A stretch of 64,000 nucleotides of DNA, from positions 689-64,688 of the forward strand of contig CAYPLF010000007.1 in the NCBI GenBank assembly GCA_964411555.1, read 5' to 3'. Below the pieces are notes generated by a model. The model made no database searches. It saw only the letters and a list, made by a program, of their open reading frames with translations, and had not been told where the DNA came from. Origin of the DNA: an uncultured Bacteroidales bacterium (lineage in GTDB: Bacteria > Bacteroidota > Bacteroidia > Bacteroidales > UBA1402). Position numbers and translations under genes: made by a program. Shown here piece after piece: positions 37,484 through 46,912 of this stretch (the first letter of the stretch is position 1; each line of letters opens with the position of its first letter).

Positions 37484-37975
37484 ATGAAAAACGAGTGCTA
37501 CGGGTTTTGCGACAGGCAGAGTGACGTTCAAACAAATAAACAATTGAATAAGATGACATCAATAAGAATTAAGAGGTCGAGTGAGTATATCAATGCTATT
37601 AGAGTGTATGAAGTTTTAATTGATGGAATTTTGGTTGGTTCTATTCGGAATGGGGAGTGTAAGGAGTTTTCTGTTTCGGATGGGCGGCATGTTGTTGTTG
37701 CTAAGATTGATTGGTGTAGTAGTCCGGAGGTTATTGTTGATGTGGATGAGGGGCAGGCTGTGGAGTTGACGGTTGGTGGGATTAAGTACTCTCGTGTTTT
37801 GATTCCTATTGGTCTTGGGATTGTTTTATTGCATGTATTGCTTTCTATGTTTACTGACATTGAATATGTGATTTATTTTGTTGTGCCTATTGTCTTGTTG
37901 CTTTTTTACTATATCAGTTTTGGAAAAAGAAAGTACTTGACATTGAGTGAATTGAATAATACTAAGAATGAATAA
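37484..37975 (+). CDS. Hypothetical membrane protein (soluble N-terminal beta-rich domain plus 2 C-terminal TM helices)
   Basis: 163-aa ORF with no gap after the DUF1287 stop. The start could instead be the internal MTSIRIKR (37553). No family recognised with confidence. Confidence 0.5.
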   Translation: MKNECYGFCDRQSDVQTNKQLNKMTSIRIKRSSEYINAIRVYEVLIDGILVGSIRNGECKEFSVSDGRHVVVAKIDWCSSPEVIVDVDEGQAVELTVGGIKYSRVLIPIGLGIVLLHVLLSMFTDIEYVIYFVVPIVLLLFYYISFGKRKYLTLSELNNTKNE

Positions 37976-38942
37976 TATGAAGAACTATTTGGATTTTACG
38001 TTGACGGGGAAGAAGTTGTTTCCTGTTTGGTTGGTGTTAATCGTGTTGGTTATTGTACCGTATGCATATAGTGTCAAGATGTTGACCGATGCGGCTTTGA
38101 CAGATGTGAATTCAATTTCTTCGGTTTTTCCTAAGAATTTTATGGTGTATATGGGTGTGGCGATTGTGGCTATGCTGATTTCTTTTTTTATCATCAAGCT
38201 TACCATTGAAGGGGTCAGTTACTCGGGTCGTGGGGTTCGGTTTGAGGGTAGGTTTGGTACTTACCTGGGAAAAGTGGTGCTGGGTACTTTTTTGACTATC
38301 ATTACCTTGGGTATTTATTCGCCCTGGTTCATTAAGAATATGGCTTGTTTCTTTGTGAATAAGAGTTCCTTGGATGATTCCAAGTTTGAGTTTCTGGGGA
38401 ATGGAAGTTGGCTTTTGTTGATTTTTATTTTTTCATACATATTTCCTATTGGCTTGTTGCAGTTAGTAATGATGCTCGATTTCTTCAGTTCCACAGCCGT
38501 TTGTTATACTTTCATCCGACAGTTAATTTATGGGTATGTAACCATGATTGTGTTGATTCCGTATATGTATCTTTTTTATCAGTGGTTGGTTGACATCCGT
38601 TATAAAGCATACCATATTACCTGGAAAACCAAATTCGGACCGGCATGTATGATGATTTTAGGTCAGATGGTGCTGATGGTGGTGACACTTGGTATTTATA
38701 TGCCGTTGGGATGTTTGAGGTTGTACCGCTATTTTGCTGAACGGACCGTTGCCGAGGGTGATGGTAAGTCCTTGCGTTTTGGTTATGACCTGGATGCGAA
38801 AGGTGATTTCCTGTTTATGTTGGGACAACTGTTGCTAACGTTGGTTACTGCAGGGATTTATTACCCCTGGGCCTTTTCGAAGATTGGCAAACGCGTGTTG
38901 TTAAAGACATATGTAATGGATGCTGTAGAACAAGATGCGTAA
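37968..38942 (+). CDS. YjgN/DUF898-family multi-pass membrane protein
   Basis: 324 aa. Repeated TLGIYSPW / TLGIYMPLG / TAGIYYPWA motifs between TM helices, as in DUF898. The start overlaps the upstream stop by 8 nt. Confidence 0.65.
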   Translation: MNNMKNYLDFTLTGKKLFPVWLVLIVLVIVPYAYSVKMLTDAALTDVNSISSVFPKNFMVYMGVAIVAMLISFFIIKLTIEGVSYSGRGVRFEGRFGTYLGKVVLGTFLTIITLGIYSPWFIKNMACFFVNKSSLDDSKFEFLGNGSWLLLIFIFSYIFPIGLLQLVMMLDFFSSTAVCYTFIRQLIYGYVTMIVLIPYMYLFYQWLVDIRYKAYHITWKTKFGPACMMILGQMVLMVVTLGIYMPLGCLRLYRYFAERTVAEGDGKSLRFGYDLDAKGDFLFMLGQLLLTLVTAGIYYPWAFSKIGKRVLLKTYVMDAVEQDA

Positions 38943-38950
38943 CCGTTTGA

Positions 38951-39448
38951 ATGTACTGTTCAATGAATAACTACCACGTTGTCAATAGACCGAATCGCGA
39001 GATAGTGGATTCGGAAGAAATCCGGCAAATTTTGAAAAATGGAAAGTTTGCTGTGATTTCAATGTGCAAAGGAGATGAACCCTATATTGTGACGTTGAGT
39101 TATGGGTATGATAGTGAAAGTAATGCACTGTATTTTCATTGCTCTCCTCAAGGTTTGAAACTTGATTTTATAAAGTCAAATCCCATTGTTTGTGCGACAA
39201 TCATCGAGGATGGTGGTTACATTCAACATGAATGTGGACATTATTATAAGACCGTTGTTTTTTGGGGGAAGATGGAGATACTTCAATCGCTTGAAGAGAA
39301 GCGAGTTGGTATGGATATTCTTTTAAATCACCTTGAGTCAGATACTGATATTGTTAAGGATAAAGCAATTAAGTCTGAGGGCTATTATTCGAAGATGGAA
39401 GTTTTGAAATTGTCAATCATACAGATTCACGGGAAACAGGGTAGATAA
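38951..39448 (+). CDS. Pyridoxamine 5'-phosphate oxidase-like (Pyridox_ox_2 / Nim-type split-barrel) family protein
   Basis: 165 aa. ..SEEIRQILKNGKFAVISMCKGDEPYIVTLSYGYD..LYFHCSPQGLKLDFIKSNPIVCATII.. follows the PF12900-type pattern. Confidence 0.65.
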   Translation: MYCSMNNYHVVNRPNREIVDSEEIRQILKNGKFAVISMCKGDEPYIVTLSYGYDSESNALYFHCSPQGLKLDFIKSNPIVCATIIEDGGYIQHECGHYYKTVVFWGKMEILQSLEEKRVGMDILLNHLESDTDIVKDKAIKSEGYYSKMEVLKLSIIQIHGKQGR

Positions 39449-39472
39449 GTTGATCAGGTAATGTAGAAATAT

Positions 39473-39853
39473 ATGATAAATGACATCCAACAAGGAAATG
39501 TAGATTTCAACTATCTGGAGGAATATGACATTTATTATTTTGATTATACAGGTATTATTTCCATTGAGAAAGGGTTGTCAAACATGGATAAGATAAAAGA
39601 TAAACTTCTAGAATTATCTGTTAATAGAACATGTTTGAGGATCTTATTTGATTTAAGTAATACTATTTGGGAAAGCAGAGAAACGCATGATGCGCTATCA
39701 AAAATAGCACGTACAATTTTCAACCCAACATGTTTTGATTGTGTGATTTATACCGCCATTCTAAATACTGAAATTGAAGGTATAACTTTTGAAAATGAAC
39801 GTTGGTTTTTAACTAAGAATGATGCAATCAAATGGCTTGTAGAAAAAATATGA
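39473..39853 (+). CDS. Hypothetical protein (126 aa)
   Basis: The ORF sits in an operon-like position and no motif was recognised. The coding call rests on length, strand and spacing only. Confidence 0.45.
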   Translation: MINDIQQGNVDFNYLEEYDIYYFDYTGIISIEKGLSNMDKIKDKLLELSVNRTCLRILFDLSNTIWESRETHDALSKIARTIFNPTCFDCVIYTAILNTEIEGITFENERWFLTKNDAIKWLVEKI

Positions 39854-39912
39854 TGTCGAAGACCTATATTATGGACTCAGCAGAATGGGAAGCTTACCCT
39901 TAAAGAAAATAA

Positions 39913-39932
39913 TTCCATCGAATTCGATGGAG
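39913..39932. terminator. Perfect palindrome / hairpin after the 126-aa gene
   Basis: CCATCGAATTCGATGG (39915..39930) is a perfect 16-nt palindrome, extendable by flanking T/A. It is followed by AGTTTAAAAA. Confidence 0.35.
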
Positions 39933-40033
39933 TTTAAAAACACCCTCCCGGCGGAACGGAAACTTGTTGATAATACGAGCGATAATGTGATTAATCGGTT
40001 AAATAATAACAAGATATACAAAGAATAGTACAT

Positions 40034-40540
40034 ATGAAAAAATTGCTTTTTACTCTGCTTTTGTTGATTCCAATTTGGAATTGTGTTTTTGCTCAAGGCA
40101 CGTGGGAGACATGGGATGCCAGGTATCCAGCCGTTGAATATTCCAAGATTATTAAGATGGAGAAAACCTATGCTGACAGCATCGAAAAGTTGGGAATTGA
40201 AGAACATAATTATGTAAGAAAAGATGGTTATAAACTGAATGCAAATTATACAGGTCAATTTAGACCAATCAACAATGATGTTTTTGACTCTATGAAGCGT
40301 GTATGTAAATTAACGCTTGGTAATTCCGTTCAGTTGGATGGTTTGGTTAGTAAAGAGGTGTTAGTTAAGATAGACGACAAAGACGTGTGGATGCCCATTC
40401 AGGATGGTCTGATACCACCATTGAAAGAGGAAGTCAAGGTGGGTGAAAACATCATACTGTACTGTTTGTTCTTAAATGAGCATTTGCAGAATAGCACCTT
40501 GTTCAATACATTTTTTATTTCTGAATTCAGGACGAAATAG
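40034..40540 (+). CDS. Hypothetical secreted protein (168 aa)
   Basis: N-terminal signal peptide MKKLLFTLLLLIPIWNCVFAQG. No family recognised. Confidence 0.5.
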   Translation: MKKLLFTLLLLIPIWNCVFAQGTWETWDARYPAVEYSKIIKMEKTYADSIEKLGIEEHNYVRKDGYKLNANYTGQFRPINNDVFDSMKRVCKLTLGNSVQLDGLVSKEVLVKIDDKDVWMPIQDGLIPPLKEEVKVGENIILYCLFLNEHLQNSTLFNTFFISEFRTK

Positions 40541-40581
40541 ATGCAATTATTATATTCACATGAAATTATAAAACAACCCCT

Positions 40582-41040
40582 ATGGAACTTATCAGCAAAC
40601 AACAAGTAGATCACTTTCTCAGTTGCAAAACCCTGGCTATTGCAGGGGCCTCACGACACGAATCAAGTTTTAGCGCCCAGGTGGCCAAGCATTTGACCAA
40701 GTTGGGGTATGACTTGTGGTATGTCAATCCTGGATTTGAAGCCAACGAATCGGCCAACAAACGCCTTCAATCAATCGCTCAGCTTCCTGAGGAGGTCAAC
40801 CATGTGTTGGTCCTTACCAACCAAACCCAAACCGAATCGGTCATACAGCAAGTTATTGAAAAAGGCATTTGCAACGTGTGGATTCAACAGCAATCTGATA
40901 CGCCGGAAGCATTGGAGTTGGCGCAGAAAAATGGTATTAACCTGGTTCATCATTTGTGCATTTTTATGTTTTCACAACCCGAAGGCATACACAAATTTCA
41001 TCACGGTATAAAGAAGATTTTTGGAAGGCTTCCAAGGTAA
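40582..41040 (+). CDS. CoA-binding domain protein (YccU/YneT-like)
   Basis: 152 aa. ..KTLAIAGASRHESSFSAQVAKHLTKLGYDLWYVNP.. is typical of CoA_binding_2. Confidence 0.7.
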   Translation: MELISKQQVDHFLSCKTLAIAGASRHESSFSAQVAKHLTKLGYDLWYVNPGFEANESANKRLQSIAQLPEEVNHVLVLTNQTQTESVIQQVIEKGICNVWIQQQSDTPEALELAQKNGINLVHHLCIFMFSQPEGIHKFHHGIKKIFGRLPR

Positions 41041-41097
41041 ATAGGATAGTTTACGGATGCATCTTATTGACAATGTAAAACAAGAGATTCTTTTACT

Positions 41098-41520
41098 ATG
41101 AGCAAAGCGTTGATTATCTACCATAGCAAAACAGGAACCACCCGGAAATTGGGAGAAGACATTGCCAGAACCTGTGCGGCTTTATCCATTGAATCGAAGG
41201 TTATCCCCATTGAATCGTTCAACATGGAAGACCTGGCATCGGTGGACTATTTGTTTCTCGGATGCTGGACACATGGACTGTTCATCATCAATCAGCATCC
41301 GGAAAAAGCGTGGGTGGATTTTGCCAAGCAATTACCGGCCATTGAGGCAAAGAAGGTAGTGTTGTTTACTACGTACAAGCTGGCCACCGGAAGCATGTTC
41401 CGCAACATGAGAAAACGGTTGAAAGTTGATGTAAGCCGTTTGAAATTACAGCTGAGATCCAAAACCAGCCGATTAAAAGACGACGATGTGGTACGTTTGA
41501 AAACGTATTTACTAAACTAA
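41098..41520 (+). CDS. Flavodoxin-like protein
   Basis: 140 aa. MSKALIIYHSKTGTTRKLGEDIA.. FMN-phosphate loop pattern. Confidence 0.65.
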   Translation: MSKALIIYHSKTGTTRKLGEDIARTCAALSIESKVIPIESFNMEDLASVDYLFLGCWTHGLFIINQHPEKAWVDFAKQLPAIEAKKVVLFTTYKLATGSMFRNMRKRLKVDVSRLKLQLRSKTSRLKDDDVVRLKTYLLN

Positions 41521-41553
41521 TTGCGAGTAAACGAATTACAGGTGTAAATGAAT

Positions 41554-41590
41554 GAAAATGCCCCGAAAGTCAAACTTCCGGGGCATTTTG
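41554..41590. terminator. Bidirectional rho-independent terminator between convergent genes
   Basis: ATGCCCCGAAAGT-caa-ACTTCCGGGGCAT (13-bp stem, one mismatch), flanked by GAAAA on the left and TTTTG on the right. Confidence 0.6.
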
Positions 41591-41608
41591 TTATAGAATG
41601 CTCAGTAA

Positions 41609-42922
<1,314 letters not shown>

Positions 42923-42965
42923 TTATACGTGCATTTCTGCACGATAACATACCTATTCATTGCCC

Positions 42966-42973
42966 CAAAATTA
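42966..42973 (-). promoter_or_regulatory. -7 promoter box (TAATTTTG on the minus strand) upstream of the esterase
   Basis: Exact TAnnTTTG; 85 nt lie between the box and the start at 42880. Confidence 0.35.
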
Positions 42974-43044
42974 TCAATTATTTTGGTACTCCAGCAACTT
43001 TTTCTGAAAATCTGTTAAAGAGTCCTTTTTTAAGCGGTCAACAA

Positions 43045-43075
43045 CTAAAAAACCCGGCAGCAGAACTGTCGGGTT
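43045..43075 (-). terminator. Rho-independent terminator of tRNA-Cys
   Basis: Minus-strand CCCGACAG-ttctg-CTGCCGGG (one G-U/mismatch), followed by TTTTTT. Confidence 0.55.
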
Positions 43076-43081
43076 TTAGTT

Positions 43082-43155
43082 TGGAGGTACCTGGCGGATT
43101 CGAACCGCCGTGCACGGTTTTGCAGACCGGTGCCTAACCACTCGGCCAAGGTACC
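43082..43155 (-). tRNA. tRNA-Cys (anticodon GCA), CCA encoded
   Basis: Folded by hand. Acceptor GGTACCT/AGGTACC. Anticodon loop CTGCAAA. T-arm GGCGG-TTCGAAT-CCGCC. Discriminator T plus CCA. One C-U mismatch at the top of the anticodon stem. Confidence 0.88.
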
Positions 43156-43173
43156 ATGCCGTGTTAGCGGCTG

Positions 43174-43181
43174 CAAAGATA
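43174..43181 (-). promoter_or_regulatory. -7 promoter box (TATCTTTG on the minus strand) for tRNA-Cys
   Basis: Exact TAnnTTTG, the same octamer as the tRNA-Ser box; 18 nt lie between the box and the tRNA 5' end. Confidence 0.55.
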
Positions 43182-43185
43182 GCTA

Positions 43186-43401
43186 TTATTTTGACTGCCG
43201 CAAGTGCTTGGATTTACTTTTTTCGAGGATTTCCCGCTTCAAGCCGCAATCTTCCAAGCAGGTGGAACAGCCCGATACATCTTCATCGCAGCCTTCCTTT
43301 TTCTGATTCCGCTTCGATTTGTTAAGCGAAACAGCCATGAACAAACCAATGGCACCCAATAAGACCAAAATAACCAAAATGTATTGCACTAATTGTGTCA
43401 T
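43186..43401 (-). CDS. FeoB-associated Cys-rich small membrane protein-like
   Basis: 71 aa from the internal ATG at 43401: MTQLVQYILVILVLLGAIGLFMAV (one TM), then a basic stretch and GCDEDVSGCSTCLEDCG. Confidence 0.6.
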   Translation of the reverse strand: MTQLVQYILVILVLLGAIGLFMAVSLNKSKRNQKKEGCDEDVSGCSTCLEDCGLKREILEKSKSKHLRQSK

Positions 43402-43414
43402 CACTCCCCTCCTT

Positions 43415-44221
43415 TCATGATTCAAAAACAATCAATTCATGCAGCGACCGGTTCAGCGGTTCAATGCGGACCCCTTGGCCTATGTCGATTCCCGATTCTT
43501 TTAAGTGCGATTCCACCGTATCCATGGCCGTATGCGGCAAGTTGTTGTCCTTGCTCAGGTGACAGAGATAAATGTGTGAAAGCCCTTCGTGCCAGTTTTC
43601 AGCCAACAGGCGTGCCGTTTCTTCGTTGCACAGGTGTCCCGACTCGCTGATGATGCGTTGCTTCAAGTAATACGGGTACGGGCCGTTTTTTAACATCTCG
43701 TTGTCGTAATTGGCTTCCAGAATCACGATATCGGATTGACGGATCAACCGGCACACATCGTCGTTGGAACAACCTAGGTCGGTCGCCACCAGGATTTTGT
43801 GGGAACGGTACTCAATCTGGAAACAAACACTTTCAGACGCATCGTGCGATACCTCGTACGGAGTTACACCGAACTCCCCCACCTTTGTTTCGCAACCAAT
43901 CACCAGATTCCTCCGACTGCTGCTCAATTTGTGGGTCACGCTCCAGCTTCGGTCAATCCCGCAGTGGGTCTTGGGGGTGGCGTATACGGGCAGGTTGAAC
44001 ATCTCCCCCAAGGTACCTATGGACTTGATGTGGTCCACGTGGTCGTGTGAGATAAACACTCCAAGGATGCGGTCGAAATCTGTCCCGATGGAACGAAGTG
44101 CCCTGCGGACGGTTCTGGCCGCAATGCCCGCATCAATCAGGATGCCGTGGGTGTTGTCCCCAAAATAGTAGCAATTGCCACTGCTCCCACTGCCTATGCT
44201 CAAAAATCGAAGTTTATCCAT
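43415..44221 (-). CDS. MBL-fold metallo-hydrolase (YycJ/WalJ-like)
   Basis: 268 aa from the ATG at 44221: MDKLRFLSIGSGSSGNCYYF.., HxHxDH motif (SHDHVDH). The track's upstream extension crosses a promoter box. Confidence 0.8.
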   Translation of the reverse strand: MDKLRFLSIGSGSSGNCYYFGDNTHGILIDAGIAARTVRRALRSIGTDFDRILGVFISHDHVDHIKSIGTLGEMFNLPVYATPKTHCGIDRSWSVTHKLSSSRRNLVIGCETKVGEFGVTPYEVSHDASESVCFQIEYRSHKILVATDLGCSNDDVCRLIRQSDIVILEANYDNEMLKNGPYPYYLKQRIISESGHLCNEETARLLAENWHEGLSHIYLCHLSKDNNLPHTAMDTVESHLKESGIDIGQGVRIEPLNRSLHELIVFES

Positions 44222-44230
44222 ACAGTACCA

Positions 44231-44238
44231 CAAAGGTA
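44231..44238 (-). promoter_or_regulatory. -7 promoter box (TACCTTTG on the minus strand) for the MBL gene
   Basis: Exact TAnnTTTG; 9 nt lie between the box and the ATG at 44221. Confidence 0.45.
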
Positions 44239-44324
44239 CTGATTTTTGGTTGAACGCCCGAATGAAACCACTACCACATTGTTGGTATTTACTAGGGAAA
44301 ACCCTTTCTTTGTCAAAAAAAACC

Positions 44325-44834
44325 ATGCCTGTCATCCTCTCCGATTCCAGTTTAAGAAAAGCTGCCGAAGAAGGCATCGATGCCTATCTGCAGGTCTTTA
44401 GGAAAGCCTATGAAACAGTTACCGGCGGCGTTCCGGATGCCACCACCATGCACTTGCTGAACGGCTGGCAGCACAGCCTGCTAGCGTACTTGTATTTCAG
44501 GGATGAGATCATGGAAGGCGGCTTTGTGCAATTGATCCAGAACGGGTACGGCAGTTACATCTTCGACAATCCTTTTGCCAAAGCCCTGCGTATGTTCGGA
44601 TTGACCGACCTGTCAAAGCTGGTATACAAGGCAAAGGAAATCTACGATGCCCACCGGAAAGACCTGGAAAAAGAAACGGACGAAGCAACATTTACTGCCC
44701 TATACGAACAGTACGAGGCGTTTGATGAGCTGGAAGAAACGTTTTTCGAATGGGAAGAAGCGTGTACGAATAAGCTGGCCGTTTATGTGGACGAGCACCT
44801 GTCAGACTTTGTAGATACCATCAACCCGGATTGA
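44325..44834 (+). CDS. DUF4375 / DMP19-like protein
   Basis: 169 aa from the ATG at 44325. ..IMEGGFVQLIQNGYGSYIFDNPFAKALRMFG.. resembles the DMP19 C-terminal domain family. The family call is from memory. Confidence 0.55.
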   Translation: MPVILSDSSLRKAAEEGIDAYLQVFRKAYETVTGGVPDATTMHLLNGWQHSLLAYLYFRDEIMEGGFVQLIQNGYGSYIFDNPFAKALRMFGLTDLSKLVYKAKEIYDAHRKDLEKETDEATFTALYEQYEAFDELEETFFEWEEACTNKLAVYVDEHLSDFVDTINPD

Positions 44835-45351
44835 CCAGGCGCTCCAGGATCCAGGCGTCGATATCGTCGACATCCAGCTTCAACATCAGGAAATCGGCAT
44901 CATCCTTGTTGCTAAACGTGCCGGCCACCAAGCGGTACATACCCTTTTCGTTGCGTACGAAAAAGGGAGAAAGCGATTTTCCTTTGAGTTTGTTAATGAG
45001 GTCGATGGACTTCTCGGGTAGTGTATAGCTACCAACAATCACGGTATACGCAGACAGGGTGCTGGAATCTTTCAACGCGATACCGGCCACCAAGACTACG
45101 CTCTTTTCGTTTGCATCCGATTTGATGAGCAGGGTGCGCACTTCCTTCTGAACGGGTGGTGTGGTTTGTTGAACACTTTCCGGCGTACTTTGTGATGTAC
45201 TTTGTTGAGCCGTTCTCCTTGCAGGAGCCACGGAAATGTTCTGTTCAGTTGCGACAACCTTCCTGCTCCCAAACAGACCAGTCTGTAGGCTGGAACACGA
45301 AGAAAAGAGTGAAACAACACATGCAATCGCCGCAATTTTTTTAATTGTCAT
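44821..45351 (-). CDS. SPOR-domain lipoprotein
   Basis: Lipobox ..LFSSC, a Q/S/T/P-rich linker, and a C-terminal SPOR-like segment ..YTVIVGSYTLPEKSIDLINKL..YRLVAGTFSNKDDADFL... Confidence 0.65.
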   Translation of the reverse strand: MTIKKIAAIACVVSLFSSCSSLQTGLFGSRKVVATEQNISVAPARRTAQQSTSQSTPESVQQTTPPVQKEVRTLLIKSDANEKSVVLVAGIALKDSSTLSAYTVIVGSYTLPEKSIDLINKLKGKSLSPFFVRNEKGMYRLVAGTFSNKDDADFLMLKLDVDDIDAWILERLVNPG

Positions 45352-45363
45352 CGATGGTTAAGT

Positions 45364-45834
45364 TTAGTATCTGACCAGAATCCAGGTATCCGGCCATGTG
45401 GTTTTGTATTCATTGGCAATTCTATCGGCATCAACTTCATATTTGCACGATGTGACAACCACGCGGTATTCGTTTTTGTCGTTTTTTACCAGAACGGCCT
45501 TTTTCCCTTCATCTATCATCCGGTCAAACAGACTTTTTGCATTCGTGCGGTTTATGAAATTCTTCAAGACAATGTTGAATTTTGACAGGTTTTTGGCATC
45601 ACCGGCTACAACCGTTACCGATTCAGTGGTTTTAATGTTTGTGGTTATCGTCCGTTTGATCAACGTTTCGGACTCATCCATCAATAAATCGGCTTCTTCC
45701 TGCTTGGCCAATTCAACCTCTTTCTCCTTCATTTTTTCATATGCGGCTTGATATGCCTTTTCATTGCTTTTACAGCAGGAAAACAGGAGCAGTACAGCAC
45801 AGAGTGGAATAAGGAATCTAATCATAACGTTCAT
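45364..45834 (-). CDS. SPOR-like lipoprotein
   Basis: Lipobox ..LLFSCC, a coiled K/E segment, and a C-terminal segment ..FNIVLKNFINRTNAKSLFDRM..YRVVVTSCKYEVDADRI... Confidence 0.5.
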   Translation of the reverse strand: MNVMIRFLIPLCAVLLLFSCCKSNEKAYQAAYEKMKEKEVELAKQEEADLLMDESETLIKRTITTNIKTTESVTVVAGDAKNLSKFNIVLKNFINRTNAKSLFDRMIDEGKKAVLVKNDKNEYRVVVTSCKYEVDADRIANEYKTTWPDTWILVRY

Positions 45835-45882
45835 CTGATTTGAATCAACAAATTAAGGTAATATTCCATAAAGAAACAACAC

Positions 45883-46770
45883 TTATAAAAATAACAAAAC
45901 AACACCTGCAACAGAAATCACGGCTCCTACCCATTCACGTACTGCTATCACGCGACCTTTCATTAATGCGGGAATAATGAGTACGATGGGTGTCATTGCC
46001 ATCAAAGCCGAAGCTACACCAGTTTCTGTTTTTGTAATAGCATACATGGAAAGAGTCACTCCTATGAACGGACCAAAAACAGAGCCCATAAAGACATCCC
46101 TGATAACCAGACGGCTTTTAAACGCAGCACCTACTTCTTTCCACCGTTTTTTAAGCATCACAAACAAGGTAAAACAGACAAGCCCGGTTATCATGCGGAT
46201 TTGGGTGCCTGAAAAAGGATCATAAGACTCCATCCCCATTTTGCCGAAAATCAAACCCAGGGCTTGACCGATGGACCCTCCCAGTGCAAACAAAAATCCT
46301 TTCAAGGACATTTTAAACGAAAACTGTCCTTTTGTAAAGCCGACAAAGGCCACGAGGATACCGGAAATGGTGAGCAGGATAGCAATCCACTGGTACCAGA
46401 GTAAGGATTCTCCAAGGCCCAACCAACCAATCAAGGCGGTCAATACCGGGGCAAAGGTCATGACCAGCATGGACAATCGTGCGCCGATTATGGTCAACGA
46501 CTTGAACAGACACAAATCACCCAGGAACAGTCCGAAGAAACCGGAGATGGAAAGCAAAAGCCACTGCTGGTTGGAGGCACCGGTTGGCAGGAGCGAACCG
46601 GTGGCAAACAAACTGTAGAGCCCAAGCATCAAGCAGGCAAACATCAAGCGGATGTGGTTGACCGATAAGGAACCGGCTATTTTACCCGAACGCTCGAACA
46701 TGATTGAACTGATCGACCAACACACTGAAACGGCCAAGGCTGCTATTTCTCCTACGTACACGTGTCCCAT
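45883..46770 (-). CDS. EamA/DMT-family transporter
   Basis: About 10 TM helices in two EamA repeats. The track start at 46833 is a TTG that overlaps a promoter box; I use the ATG at 46770. Confidence 0.8.
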   Translation of the reverse strand: MGHVYVGEIAALAVSVCWSISSIMFERSGKIAGSLSVNHIRLMFACLMLGLYSLFATGSLLPTGASNQQWLLLSISGFFGLFLGDLCLFKSLTIIGARLSMLVMTFAPVLTALIGWLGLGESLLWYQWIAILLTISGILVAFVGFTKGQFSFKMSLKGFLFALGGSIGQALGLIFGKMGMESYDPFSGTQIRMITGLVCFTLFVMLKKRWKEVGAAFKSRLVIRDVFMGSVFGPFIGVTLSMYAITKTETGVASALMAMTPIVLIIPALMKGRVIAVREWVGAVISVAGVVLLFL

Positions 46771-46830
46771 TTTGCCTAAAGTGGTGAATACCCGCCTGTC
46801 TCCATTATTGACAGGTAGACGTTGTTCCTG

Positions 46831-46838
46831 CAAAAGTA
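46831..46838 (-). promoter_or_regulatory. -7 promoter box (TACTTTTG on the minus strand) for the EamA gene
   Basis: Exact TAnnTTTG; 60 nt lie between the box and the ATG at 46770. Confidence 0.4.
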
Positions 46839-46884
46839 CATCGAATTCCTATCGTGAGCAATGGTTGAAGCCGTTCAGTTTTTC

Positions 46885-46892
46885 TACCTTTG
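46885..46892 (+). promoter_or_regulatory. -7 promoter box (TACCTTTG) for folC
   Basis: Exact TAnnTTTG; 20 nt lie between the box and the ATG at 46913. Confidence 0.55.
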
Positions 46893-46912
46893 TTGAAAGT
46901 TTTGCATACAGG

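Noticed and set aside
39869-40258. 129-aa minus-strand ORF spanning the 39.85-40.03 kb spacer
   Set aside because: It is an AT-rich-driven hydrophobic frame that overlaps the 5' end of the signal-peptide-bearing plus-strand gene at 40034, and no start context supports it.
36730-40589. CAACCCC...GAAC at 36730..36743 and 40574..40589 as possible att-like direct repeats flanking the islet
   Set aside because: Only 7 contiguous identical bases match. Given the number of positions inspected, this is expected by chance. The right copy overlaps a start codon.
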